This document shows positions 22,501-30,398 of a stretch of 64,000 nucleotides of DNA, piece after piece. Numbering within the stretch: position 1 is the stretch's first letter; every line of letters starts with the position of its first letter. The position numbers and the translations under genes are program-made. The notes beneath the pieces were generated by a model. That model had not been told where the DNA came from. It saw only the letters and a list, made by a program, of their open reading frames with translations, and did not search any database. This stretch comes from a virus (lineage: Duplodnaviria; Caudoviricetes). The stretch spans positions 1-64,000 of IMG/VR virus record IMGVR_UViG_3300042386_001493; one strand, given 5' to 3'.

Positions 22501-24196
22501 CAAGTAAGCCAAAAGTCATTAATAGCACTGGTCCAATAACTCCAACAAGGGTTGATGCTACAACAATAAACTTCTTAGTGCCCTCACCAAGATTATCAAA
22601 CTTGTCTAATAGCCTACCAACTACTTGAACAATTGGTGTAACTGCTTCTAAAAATGTTTTTCCTATCGGCGCTATAGCAACCTTAAGTTTTTCTATTGAC
22701 TCTTTAAAATTAGTTCCAACAGCATCTTCTAAAACACCTAATTCTCGTTCAGATAATATTGCAAGTTCTTCAATTGAAGCCCCCGCAAGATTTAAAACCC
22801 TAGCAGCCTGAGTTCCTTCTTTTGTTACGTTTTGAAATAAAGTTGATAGTCTTGAAAATTGAAACTTACCAAATAGTTGTTCAATAGCACGAGCACGGTT
22901 TAGAGGATCAAGAGTATCTAATGCCTTAGAAAAATCAATTACTGTGTTTCTTATGTTTCCTTTATTAGTTTCAACAATTGCATTAATGTTTACCCCAAGT
23001 TTTCCAAGAAATGCTGCTGCCTTGTCTGATGGATTAATTAAAGAGGCAAGACCTGATTTAAGGGCGTTAGCACCTTCTGATGCATTAATACCACCTTCTT
23101 TCATTGCTGTTAAGAAAAATGCTAGATCTTCAACAGATCCACCAAGTTGTTTTACTACTGGTCCTGCTTTAGGAATTGCTTCTGTTAAATCTTCAATAGA
23201 TACTACAGTTTGGTTTTCAACTGCGTTAAGAAAATTAATTTTACTTGCTAAATCTTCTGCTGCTACACCAAAAGCATTTGTTACTGATATTGTTGTTTCT
23301 AATGCTTGTGCTTGCTCTACTCCGCCAAGAACTGCAAGGCGAGTTGCTTGTGCTACTTGGGCTGTAAGTTCTGCCCCTGTTTTACCCATTGCTGCGGCAT
23401 TAGCAGCCATTTCCATAGTTTCTGTAACTGCAACACCATATTTTGTAAATTCTTTGGCAAGTTGTTCTACATCAGCCAAAGCCTTATTGGTCTGGTCAGT
23501 TGTTGTAAACATATCTCCATAAACACGTTTAAACCTAATGGCTTGTTTTTCAAGATCCATAAATGTTTTAGCAGCGGCGGTACCAAAATAAGCAAGGGGA
23601 ATTGTAAAGCCAACCATAAGTTGACGTCCTGCCCACTGTGTATTCTTACCAAAATTTAAAAGGTTAGTAGATCCCTGTTTTAATAGTTGATTTAACAATG
23701 CTTGTTTTTGTGCTGCTACTGCTAATTTTGTAGAGTAGTCTTTCATGTTTAAAGTGTTTGGAGTTATTGAAATTGCTTTCATTGCTCCAGAAGCATCACG
23801 ACCCATCTTGATATACTGGGTCTGCATCTTCTTAACACGCTCTTCGGCCACCTTGCCAATTGTGTTAAATTCTTGTTTAAATAATCTGCCAAATGTTTTT
23901 GTAGATCCGCCTGCATAACGGAAATACTCACGCATAGAGAGTTTATTTGTCTCCAGTGCGTGAGTAAATGATTCTGTTGAGGTTCTTACTAACCCCATTT
24001 GTGCACGGAATTTACCCGTTGCATTTATTGAATTTAAAAGATTGGTCTGCAAGCCTTTTTGAGCGGCTGCTGCGGCAGCGCTACTTTTTGCTACAGATGA
24101 ATGGAAGGTTGCTAATTGACGTTGGAGATTTTTAAGTTCTGCCAGTGCCGCCGACGTATCAATATGTACGCCAATATTAGCATTTACATCAGCCAT
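16526..24196 (-). CDS. Tape measure protein (TP901-type core) with internal hydrophilic insert
   Basis: 2556 aa, Ala/Leu-rich helical; core motifs (EGGINASEGANALKSGLASL); hydrophobic segments; follows tail tube and chaperones. Confidence 0.93.
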   Translation of the reverse strand: MADVNANIGVHIDTSAALAELKNLQRQLATFHSSVAKSSAAAAAAQKGLQTNLLNSINATGKFRAQMGLVRTSTESFTHALETNKLSMREYFRYAGGSTKTFGRLFKQEFNTIGKVAEERVKKMQTQYIKMGRDASGAMKAISITPNTLNMKDYSTKLAVAAQKQALLNQLLKQGSTNLLNFGKNTQWAGRQLMVGFTIPLAYFGTAAAKTFMDLEKQAIRFKRVYGDMFTTTDQTNKALADVEQLAKEFTKYGVAVTETMEMAANAAAMGKTGAELTAQVAQATRLAVLGGVEQAQALETTISVTNAFGVAAEDLASKINFLNAVENQTVVSIEDLTEAIPKAGPVVKQLGGSVEDLAFFLTAMKEGGINASEGANALKSGLASLINPSDKAAAFLGKLGVNINAIVETNKGNIRNTVIDFSKALDTLDPLNRARAIEQLFGKFQFSRLSTLFQNVTKEGTQAARVLNLAGASIEELAILSERELGVLEDAVGTNFKESIEKLKVAIAPIGKTFLEAVTPIVQVVGRLLDKFDNLGEGTKKFIVVASTLVGVIGPVLLMTFGLLANGVANIIKLFITMRSGFLRAGTNTNLLAQQTSYLNSEQLEAATVAASLNQAHTRLTQSFAVETTAVRLLRQAYIDATVAATRFAMANPGMMMPGGRFTPKKFARGSTYVPGTGNKDNVPAVLMPGEAVIPTDVAQDPRFQPIIDAMVNGKLQAFDDGTTGAGRFRSLPAGTNLDEAINRIREKTAGTGGGANMVAGVRAGQQAQYNREDSSVLQALSGKTSGTPNQTLQKEIELKYGRNLGVDTEAQQAYKKNREGFQELLSRITYDEKSGKYIYSDKKGIIQSTFTKEQLDRQIKYAFKEAPSQYGTMSTRKTIPETLNRYIGRLGKAGSGAPREVRELRQKYNQKTAGLGLDRENLALTKELRKQGLTTNEINKFMGKKSESHIFKPLDPKTKWQSGLTISDHEGIGQYLNRAGKKSVGKLINDPRILKELGYTDRDISKLKQSYAFAQQEKQPTNAKQLGHLARIADLEVKAHNSGKVNISKIYQAKGILGVSAVRTPQIWKEISRSIIKLGDKPSFVNKKTYAVMQNKEGILNNKGFTQFSSQNTEPRSSRTPTKNPSLDNRVTNLNPAQVASVRKFGKFGPTPKVAGLSDAPKIDARTSPGMAISAIEKQFRSEQKSLRRQIEKVEQRRLVALKQELKTIEDKNKLATQAAPLTKQQLKEQKREVRAQRAQRVGSVAGPVAGIAGIGAMAGFMTGNNSVGMAMMGVSALASIAPMLTNPLGLFVAGLVSITAVIYKFNKDMEKARQEGINLAKAMSMTNTKLIELSKITGTVSSKESADRKRQNLISGTVDQQRKFGQNVLESEFGKSLIADIATQGKAGKTDKEIATNMANQLSTAILQGVVTTEQAKSIASALGEKLGSYEIPLMISGELVSLFGINGENLTKDPLQIALAIKKDSATNLQTAFDQAQNNRKQVSAGTAAQGIAGILLGAGAVTAGTGGLGAPIALAASIALLTKSAFDLNKVQQANAKLDAASIQLGLEAIVQNQQLVDALNQQYDLKLKNAKTEKEIKDIEDQRKIGLDSLNNANQQTINDVIKLSGQISTENFDKAIGTSIDNLYKNASDAIKVFKDIAKDELNDLANTDFKKVIQIGFASGELSPNAVIALLDASKQVPEIQAKINTVVGKEGFAGASTLLELITQTGTNAKTIDLMLNYINTNEVAFDKDMTALDILAKFQQKYGVQLDLTTNGVKQLTVANDALSKISILPDKIDKTVVQKLAGENPTLFADALTNFDKLSEGKPLINKTLLVNYLVGKVDPQIRAAALAEFKGMSEQDAIAAYLAKGFNAAIEKGTNKGATPGSGERDTTLDELLKRLKLVRDASVNARGGIDELRRVMNSSGGDIKIFKGINQQLRAQGINQELIDFISDLDPAIQKKFITIKNGIVKITADGKKLAKALNEATLGEFEDNARSQTQVLRAQSATFTNLKAAGLSAAEALEIVTNEQIALAFASGKTKEEIDRMIATLRELKRNQTRTQDIINPAERIKKEVSMAMEYFDVIEREARNIYQPQIDAANKLIDANEKLIDIQQRLMEENYDRPIALLNAQSTILNHDLSLIDKAAESINKKYDAQEKALQQISDITDDIAAKESSRITIADALTRGDLSAAAKAIQQQRAEEARKAKERNSNLLQVAREKEIGKLTNTNGLTRVQIEEKLYTISEKVYALDQDSLKVSAEILRLQDANYNINKLSILPLQAKLQAELDAIEAQRAKWEAVALGVDGARVRGVEYQAVLRGHEDTLKRMKALWDGITSKELGAASLLTFANPAAETDAEKVARITKENNDSLAESRAQLADLTNIMKDLQKTPISKPPTNTNTAYNQGLSGGLYGPTPVMPTIVPKPASTASASGPRGGGYTIIPPTKTSYNPLSSFSAAATPTVSYRARAMGGIIPKYYVSGGYSRGTDTIPAMLTPGEFVVRRNAVDSFGVNNLNKINDGSYGGSSVYNYSLNVNVKSDSSPDDIAKTVMTQIRRIDNQRIKGQK

Positions 24197-24218
24197 TCAT
24201 TTACACCTCTTTTATTAT

Positions 24219-24551
24219 TTAGTTGTTTGCAAGCACTGTATTTAAAAGAGCGTTTGCATCTGCTAGTTTAACTCCAGAAGCGGCTTCAATAATTTTATAA
24301 ACTGTTGGAAGGTCTAAGACCTCTTCTAGTTTACTAATATCTTTAGACAGGTCTGGATTGTACTGCTCCATAGCAATTTGTACGCACTCAATAAGAAGAG
24401 TCATTGACTTATCGTTATCTTCTGCTACCCCTGCTACCTGCTCAAACTTTTTCATAAATGGACGAAGCAGAGAAATCTTAAGTGAGCGTACCTTAATTTT
24501 TGTGCCGTCCATGAGAACAAGTTCTTCACCCTCGTGTACTGTTGTTGCCAT
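24219..24551 (-). CDS. Tail assembly chaperone, short form (gpG-like)
   Basis: Between tail tube and tape measure; paralogous to the N-terminal half of 24598-25293; AGGAGG RBS. Confidence 0.75.
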   Translation of the reverse strand: MATTVHEGEELVLMDGTKIKVRSLKISLLRPFMKKFEQVAGVAEDNDKSMTLLIECVQIAMEQYNPDLSKDISKLEEVLDLPTVYKIIEAASGVKLADANALLNTVLANN

Positions 24552-24580
24552 TTGTGTATCCTCCTATATAGGCTATGTCA

Positions 24581-24589
24581 ATTATAGCA
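24581..24589 (-). promoter_or_regulatory. Extended -10 TGCTATAAT
   Basis: Intergenic, before the short chaperone and tape measure. Confidence 0.7.
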
Positions 24590-24597
24590 TAGGGAAG

Positions 24598-25293
24598 TTA
24601 TTTTGTTAGATCTTCGTAATCCAAACCCATACCTATACCAAACCCTGCTTTCTGTGCATTAGGTCCTTGTAATGCTAAAATATCGTTGCCGTCAACAGTT
24701 TTTCCTTTGCTAAAAACTCTTGCTTTCATATCTTCCCATTCCCTTTGACCTTTATCTTTATTTGATTCTTTGTCTAGGTCTACCCCCTGAATTGCAGCCA
24801 AGAATTTTTTTTCTGTATAGTCTAATTCTCTAATTACCTCTAGGGTTGCCATTAACTCTGGCATTGATAAAGAAGTTTCTAACTCTTGGTAGTCTTTCCA
24901 AATACCGAGCAAAAATACCTCTGCTTCTAGTTTTGCAAGGTCTAGGGTTTCCCAGGTTTGACCACTACCAATTGCTTGATCCTTTACTGGCTCTTCTAAC
25001 TTTTTATTAATCTTAATGCCAGCAGCGGCATCTAGTACTTTATATACGGTGGGCATATCTATACTGTCCTCAACATCCTTAACAGTACCTGAAATTTTAG
25101 GATAGTATTGTTTCATACAGATTCTAACACATTCTATTAATATACCAATTGCGTCATCATCATTTTTTGTGTTTTTAATATTATTAAATGTCAACATGAA
25201 CTCACGAAGATATTTTATTTTTAATGGTATTATTTCTAATTCTGTCCCATCAAATAAATAGACTATATCACTTTTATATATTGTAGTTGCCAT
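24598..25293 (-). CDS. Tail assembly chaperone, long form (gpGT-like)
   Basis: Shares MATT..DGT..LKI..LR.FM..LIECV..MPTVYK with the next gene, plus a C-terminal extension (LGIWKDYQELETSLSMPEL). Confidence 0.7.
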   Translation of the reverse strand: MATTIYKSDIVYLFDGTELEIIPLKIKYLREFMLTFNNIKNTKNDDDAIGILIECVRICMKQYYPKISGTVKDVEDSIDMPTVYKVLDAAAGIKINKKLEEPVKDQAIGSGQTWETLDLAKLEAEVFLLGIWKDYQELETSLSMPELMATLEVIRELDYTEKKFLAAIQGVDLDKESNKDKGQREWEDMKARVFSKGKTVDGNDILALQGPNAQKAGFGIGMGLDYEDLTK

Positions 25294-25301
25294 AGAATTC
25301 T

Positions 25302-25310
25302 ATTCTATCA
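25302..25310 (-). promoter_or_regulatory. Extended -10 TGATAGAAT
   Basis: 8 nt before ATG 25293, no SD; just after a terminator. Confidence 0.6.
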
Positions 25311-25320
25311 CAAACACAAC

Positions 25321-25347
25321 AAAAAACCCACCTCCGAAGAAGTGGGT
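25321..25347 (-). terminator. Intrinsic terminator after major tail gene
   Basis: ACCCACTTC-TTCG-GAGGTGGGT then T-run (cUUCGg loop). Confidence 0.85.
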
Positions 25348-25369
25348 ATTTGTTTAATCTGAATTTAGA

Positions 25370-26002
25370 TTATGATTGACCGTATGTGCGATCTACGATT
25401 TTACCGTAAGATCCTGATGTATCTTCTGGCAATAAACGGAATGATACTTCAAACATTGAAGCCTCATCACGCTTTGCTGATACAGTTACGTTTTCAATTG
25501 ACAAAGCACGGTATGCTGTGTAAACTCTTTCAACATCGGCTGCAGTTGCTGGGTTTCCAGTTCCTGGGCCAACAGCAACTAATCCTCGCTCCAATGGAAC
25601 TTCTCCAATGTCGCCAGCAGAAAGATTTAATGTTCTTCCTGTAGATGCTGCCTTGTTTCCTGAAATTTCGTCATCAGAATACGCTAGAGCAAGAAGCAAG
25701 TTTTCTAAAGTTGCTTCGGCAAAGGCTGTTGCAAGATTTACCTGCATACCTTGCTTAAATAGTCTAGCAACGTCAAGAACCTGATCTACCTGGACTTCAC
25801 CGAAATCTGGTTGGAACTGTAATTCAAGACCGTTCATTGTATAACCTACGTTAGTGTAGTCTGCTTCATCTGTAAGTGTATCCTTAAAAGACTCACTTGC
25901 ATCAAATGTTTCCAGTGTTGCTGGAGTTAAAGTTGTGTCAGCAATAAAAAGTGCTGCTGCACCAACGATAATGTTGTTCGACGTACCACGGCTATATGGC
26001 AT
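25370..26002 (-). CDS. Major tail tube protein
   Basis: NIIVGAAALF, VGYTMNGLE, FAEATLENL, FEVSFRLLP; has its own promoter and terminator. Confidence 0.88.
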   Translation of the reverse strand: MPYSRGTSNNIIVGAAALFIADTTLTPATLETFDASESFKDTLTDEADYTNVGYTMNGLELQFQPDFGEVQVDQVLDVARLFKQGMQVNLATAFAEATLENLLLALAYSDDEISGNKAASTGRTLNLSAGDIGEVPLERGLVAVGPGTGNPATAADVERVYTAYRALSIENVTVSAKRDEASMFEVSFRLLPEDTSGSYGKIVDRTYGQS

Positions 26003-26064
26003 GTATTTTACCTCTTTTCATAATAGTAGATATTAAGTTGTATGGCGTTGTTTCCTCGATACTA

Positions 26065-26073
26065 ATTATATCA
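26065..26073 (-). promoter_or_regulatory. Extended -10 TGATATAAT
   Basis: Intergenic, before the tail tube gene. Confidence 0.7.
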
Positions 26074-26078
26074 CCGTT

Positions 26079-26657
26079 TTAAGAATATCGTTTATTTGAA
26101 CCTTGCACGCTTACCGTATGATAGTCATACTCAATAACTAACTTGTTTAGCCCCAAGGTTCTAGCAGAAGCCAACTCTACGATATCCCTGCTTTCATCTG
26201 CTTGATACACCTTCAAGTTATGAAAAAATACATTTTTAGGGATTACGGCACCCGCCTCATCCTCTATATCATTATTTGCTATCCAAAAGTTTAAGGCTTG
26301 GGCTGCAACATCTTCTCGATCAAGACATTCTATTATTACCCTAGTTGTATCAAATAATTTAGAAAGATTAGGGCTATAAATAAAATATATTAACTGTTCT
26401 CTTTTATGCTTGTAAAATGGGGTAGGTCTAAATCTCATAAGTCTATCAAATATAATTACGGTAGTATCAGGATTATTTCTAATAAAAGGAATGTCATTAT
26501 ATATACCTTCTACACTGTCAGGTACTTGAGCGGGAAAAAATGGCTGAAATGGTTCAAGTCCAGTTGGCATTAAATCAAACTCTTGAAGTTCGCTGTGAAT
26601 AAAAGCGTTAATAAATATTGGGGGAAACCCAGTTTCTTTTGATACTAAAGAGGTCAT
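26079..26657 (-). CDS. Tail terminator-like protein
   Basis: Synteny: immediately before the tail tube gene. Confidence 0.55.
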   Translation of the reverse strand: MTSLVSKETGFPPIFINAFIHSELQEFDLMPTGLEPFQPFFPAQVPDSVEGIYNDIPFIRNNPDTTVIIFDRLMRFRPTPFYKHKREQLIYFIYSPNLSKLFDTTRVIIECLDREDVAAQALNFWIANNDIEDEAGAVIPKNVFFHNLKVYQADESRDIVELASARTLGLNKLVIEYDYHTVSVQGSNKRYS

Positions 26658-26661
26658 AATA

Positions 26662-27339
26662 CTATTCTACACCAATCTTTGCATTAACAATCCATCTAAA
26701 TCCAGTATCTACACCTTTTGACTTGCCTAGTCTTGCCCCAGACTTTATTTGTTTTTTAAATATTACTGGTTTTTTAATGTAGTCATATATACCGCTAGCA
26801 CGTAAAAATGATTGTTTAAAATACCTTAAAATAAATTCGTCTATTGTTTTTTCAAAAGATCCTTGAGCCTGACTTCCTCCAGGATTTCTAACTGTTACAG
26901 AATTTTTAGTAAATACAGTTTCACCACCTTCATTAAAAACAAGAACTGGAGATTTTACTGGTTTAATGACAACTGGAATTCCTTCTTCCATAATCTTAGC
27001 CTTATTATAGAATGGCACATTTGATTCTTTTTTTACACTTCTTGATTGTGTAAATGTTGAATTAATGCTTAGTCCTAAATTGCTAACAGTATAATTAATG
27101 TTAAATAGTCTTGCGCTTGGACTGCCTGTTTGATACCACTCATATACGTGCTGAAGTGCTGCAGGATTTCCTCTTGCAGAAACATCTACATATTTAGCCA
27201 TTGCATCTATTGTTTCAATTCCTAAGTTTTTTAAAAAAATTGTTTTACCTTTTTGAGCACCATCTAAAAAACCAAATGCATATTGGACTATGTTGTTCAT
27301 TTCTTTATTAAAACTTGCTGTGTTGGTTCTAACTATCAT
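26662..27339 (-). CDS. Neck/tail-completion protein
   Basis: Synteny; LQHVYEW and KAKIMEEG motifs. Confidence 0.55.
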   Translation of the reverse strand: MIVRTNTASFNKEMNNIVQYAFGFLDGAQKGKTIFLKNLGIETIDAMAKYVDVSARGNPAALQHVYEWYQTGSPSARLFNINYTVSNLGLSINSTFTQSRSVKKESNVPFYNKAKIMEEGIPVVIKPVKSPVLVFNEGGETVFTKNSVTVRNPGGSQAQGSFEKTIDEFILRYFKQSFLRASGIYDYIKKPVIFKKQIKSGARLGKSKGVDTGFRWIVNAKIGVE

Positions 27340-27785
27340 TAGTCTTCTACTGTTTGATTTTCTGTTCTACGTAATAAAAACTTAAAATATTCTACTGATC
27401 CAAAAGGACCAGAAAATGGTTCTACTGTTGCTATCTCATAGATTGTTCCACGTCCAGACCTTGACCCTGCTGTTTCTCTATAAATAAGTTCATCGTTAGC
27501 ATTACGAATATTTGTAATTAAAATGTTTGTAATAGCATTATCTGTTTTATTTGATGATACCCTAGGATCTGATTTTGTTCTTGCTATTAGTTTATTTTCA
27601 TGTTGTAGAAATGCTTCTGGTTTGATTTGTTCAGTACCCGCTCCACCTACAGATGTAGCATTACATATAATTGTTCTATCATAAAACCAAGTTCTGCTTG
27701 CTTGTCCGTATTGAGTTTGATTTATTATTGGATAGTATAAATCAGCCTTCATTGGATAAAGAAAGTCTGTTGTGCAGTCTTCCAT
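27339..27785 (-). CDS. Head closure (stopper)-like protein
   Basis: Synteny and size, following the adaptor gene. Confidence 0.55.
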   Translation of the reverse strand: MEDCTTDFLYPMKADLYYPIINQTQYGQASRTWFYDRTIICNATSVGGAGTEQIKPEAFLQHENKLIARTKSDPRVSSNKTDNAITNILITNIRNANDELIYRETAGSRSGRGTIYEIATVEPFSGPFGSVEYFKFLLRRTENQTVED

Positions 27786-28771
27786 TATAATACTCCTGGA
27801 CGGATGATATTCTCTTTATATTTTTCTAAAATTTTATCTACTAATATATTGCCAGTGCCTTCTATTAAGCGATCATCATATTGAATTTTATATTGATCAG
27901 TGCTAAAACTTTTAACATATCTCTTGTAATAGTCCATTTTGCCACACTTAATATCATCAATTAACATTAATGTTGCATCTTGAATATCATAAGGAACAAC
28001 TTTATATCCAGTCTCTAACAACATAATGTAATCTGCTCCTTCTGGAAATGCAACTCCAGGAACGACAGTTTGAGTATGTCCACTATCTTCTGTATCAAAC
28101 ATGCTAATAGAATCTGAGTATCCTAATGGAATACGTGCATATCTTCGTTCTGCCCGATTTATAGAATCAACTGCCTCCATTGGATCTTTAGTAATTGCTG
28201 TTTTATCTTTAGTAATTAAAAAAGTATAGTCTAATAACTCTGGTCCGTCTGCGTTGTCTATATCATAAACTAGTTGTGCATTTTCATATACTTTTAAAAT
28301 TTTGTGAGTTCTTTTCCAAAGCGGTAAATAATCATTTCCTTGTCCAACAACTTCTAAATAAGTTCTATCATAATAAAATCCACCGACAGCAGCATCAATA
28401 ATTGCTCTTGCTAAATTTTCATAACCTGTATAAAGTGCTATGTCGGTTGCTGTGCCAGATACGGCTAAAGGTGTTGGATCTACGTATGGTCTCATAATTT
28501 CTAAATTATCTTGTACTACAATATCACCACGTACAATGTTTGCTCCAGAAGATCCACCATCTTCATAAATTGTTAAAGCATATGATTTATCATATTTAAC
28601 AAAATCATCATCTAAAGAGTAGGTTATTTTTTTACTAGCATTAGACTCAATGGTCTCTTCAATTTCTGTTAATTCTGCAACATTTTCAATAACAATAACA
28701 TAGTCAGCATTAGCATCTGGAACTGTATAGGTTACAGAAAGTGGATAGGGTGGAAGACGTAATATTTGCAT
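27785..28771 (-). CDS. Head-tail adaptor protein
   Basis: ARAIID...GYKVVPYDIQDAT...GTGNILVDKIL pattern; downstream of capsid. Confidence 0.65.
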   Translation of the reverse strand: MQILRLPPYPLSVTYTVPDANADYVIVIENVAELTEIEETIESNASKKITYSLDDDFVKYDKSYALTIYEDGGSSGANIVRGDIVVQDNLEIMRPYVDPTPLAVSGTATDIALYTGYENLARAIIDAAVGGFYYDRTYLEVVGQGNDYLPLWKRTHKILKVYENAQLVYDIDNADGPELLDYTFLITKDKTAITKDPMEAVDSINRAERRYARIPLGYSDSISMFDTEDSGHTQTVVPGVAFPEGADYIMLLETGYKVVPYDIQDATLMLIDDIKCGKMDYYKRYVKSFSTDQYKIQYDDRLIEGTGNILVDKILEKYKENIIRPGVL

Positions 28772-28773
28772 TT

Positions 28774-29127
28774 TTATTTACCGTAATATGATGCTACCTC
28801 TTCAGGTGGTGCAATTCTTACCAACCTGTGGGTTAACCATTTTTCGGATGCCTCCTTTGAGACTATGTTGTACCCTACCTTAAGAGCACCTAGGTTATCC
28901 ATGTGTAGGTTTCTTTCTGAGTATAACGCTATTTTGTTTATCATACTTTTTGCTTTATCTGCTTCTTGAACTTGTTCTTCTGTTTTTTCTGGTGGAATCC
29001 AACTAGCCAAGATTTCTAAAATTTCAAGTTTAGTGGTTGATTCAAACAACTCTATATTATTTTTTTTTGCATATGCCTTTAATGCCATTACAGTTTTAGT
29101 CGATAATTCTTCTATTGTTAAACTCAT
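28774..29127 (-). CDS. Protein with Rho-N/HeH-like N-terminal domain
   Basis: ELSTKTVMALKAYAKKNNIEL...KLEIL helix-extended-helix motif. Confidence 0.55.
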   Translation of the reverse strand: MSLTIEELSTKTVMALKAYAKKNNIELFESTTKLEILEILASWIPPEKTEEQVQEADKAKSMINKIALYSERNLHMDNLGALKVGYNIVSKEASEKWLTHRLVRIAPPEEVASYYGK

Positions 29128-29149
29128 AATTCTCCTATGCTTATTTGTA

Positions 29150-29158
29150 ATTATACCA
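29150..29158 (-). promoter_or_regulatory. Extended -10 TGGTATAAT
   Basis: Just after the capsid terminator. Confidence 0.7.
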
Positions 29159-29160
29159 GA

Positions 29161-29199
29161 ATAAGAATAAGGCGGGTAGTTTTTACGCTACCCGCCCTA
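29161..29199 (-). terminator. Intrinsic terminator after major capsid gene
   Basis: GGCGGGTAG...CTACCCGCC stem followed by TTATTCTT. Confidence 0.8.
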
Positions 29200-29218
29200 A
29201 TATTTGATCTTTTAGATC

Positions 29219-30370
29219 TTAGGAATCAGCGCTATCTGAGTCAACATAAGCGACTGCATCTAGTTCTTCCCATTGGATACCAAAGCGTACAAATACTGTG
29301 TACTCAATTGTATCTTTCTTTGGCTTGTATTCACGGTTTACAGTGATGTCTCTCTGGAAACCCCATACACGGTTCTGAGGGAATGTCAAATCGACATAAC
29401 CTGCAGGGTAGTAAGGAACTTCTAGAACGTCTACACCAAGTACACGGGTTGTGCGTGAGTTGCCAGTTGTCTGTGCACCACCATCAAGGAATGCTTGACG
29501 ATTTGCTTCAGTACTTCCTGGACGGTTAGCAAATGCTTCTGCAACTGCATCAGCAAGTGTACCGTTGTTACGAACAATACCAGCAAAAGCATCAGTACCT
29601 GCGTAGAACTTAAGGTTTGACTTAAGTGCACGATACTTACGAGGCATTGCTAATAGCAAGCCTTGCATTACTGATGTTGAGTAGTTGTTGTCTGAAACTG
29701 TTGCAGCATATTCGTGAGCGTCGTTTCCGACTGTTCCACGAGTTTGCTTAACAAAGCCAGGCATGATGGAAAGGAAGGCATCTGCGCCTGATCCTAGACC
29801 ATTAATTGCAAGGTCTTCAATATCGTTAGCGAATGCATTGGTCATTAAGCGAACTAAATGATCTTCAAGTGCTCCACCTTCAATATTGTCTTCTAGTGCT
29901 TCAGTTGATACTTCCCAATCAAGACGAATCTTTTTGGTAGTTAATTCAACCTTTGAGAATGTTGCACCAATGTTTGTGTAATCTGGTGCGCCTTGTGCGG
30001 CTGCACGGATAACACGCTCTCCAACGTTGACCTTTTCGATCTCCATTGTATTGGCACGCATTGTAACTCTACGACCATCTTTAGCGAGAACTGTTGCATC
30101 CCACACATAGTCGATGAAGCGACGTGCTTGTTCTGGTGCTAGAATACCACCTGCTGCGCCTGTTGGGTTTACTGCGTTTGCTCCAGATGTTGATCCGAAT
30201 GCTGCAGTTGCAGTGTTACCAAGTTGTGATCCTACAGACGCTGCTGCAGAATCTAAACCAGTAGCACTACCTACGCCACCAGATACGAATGAGCCTTGAG
30301 AGTTAATCTCTGCGCCTGCTCCGCCTGATCCTGGGTAGTTTTTTTCTAGGTCTTTATTTTGTTCCGACAT
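29219..30370 (-). CDS. Major capsid protein (HK97 fold)
   Basis: GGILAPEQARRFID, EALEDNIEG, FANDIEDLAING; GGAGGTG RBS; followed by terminator. Confidence 0.93.
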   Translation of the reverse strand: MSEQNKDLEKNYPGSGGAGAEINSQGSFVSGGVGSATGLDSAAASVGSQLGNTATAAFGSTSGANAVNPTGAAGGILAPEQARRFIDYVWDATVLAKDGRRVTMRANTMEIEKVNVGERVIRAAAQGAPDYTNIGATFSKVELTTKKIRLDWEVSTEALEDNIEGGALEDHLVRLMTNAFANDIEDLAINGLGSGADAFLSIMPGFVKQTRGTVGNDAHEYAATVSDNNYSTSVMQGLLLAMPRKYRALKSNLKFYAGTDAFAGIVRNNGTLADAVAEAFANRPGSTEANRQAFLDGGAQTTGNSRTTRVLGVDVLEVPYYPAGYVDLTFPQNRVWGFQRDITVNREYKPKKDTIEYTVFVRFGIQWEELDAVAYVDSDSADS

Positions 30371-30398
30371 TATTTTCACCTCCTAGTGATTTTGTACT

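Noticed and set aside
24990-25015. Programmed -1 frameshift site in the tail chaperone (AAT AAA AAG)
   Set aside because: Not a full X XXY YYZ heptamer, and the long ORF is already continuous
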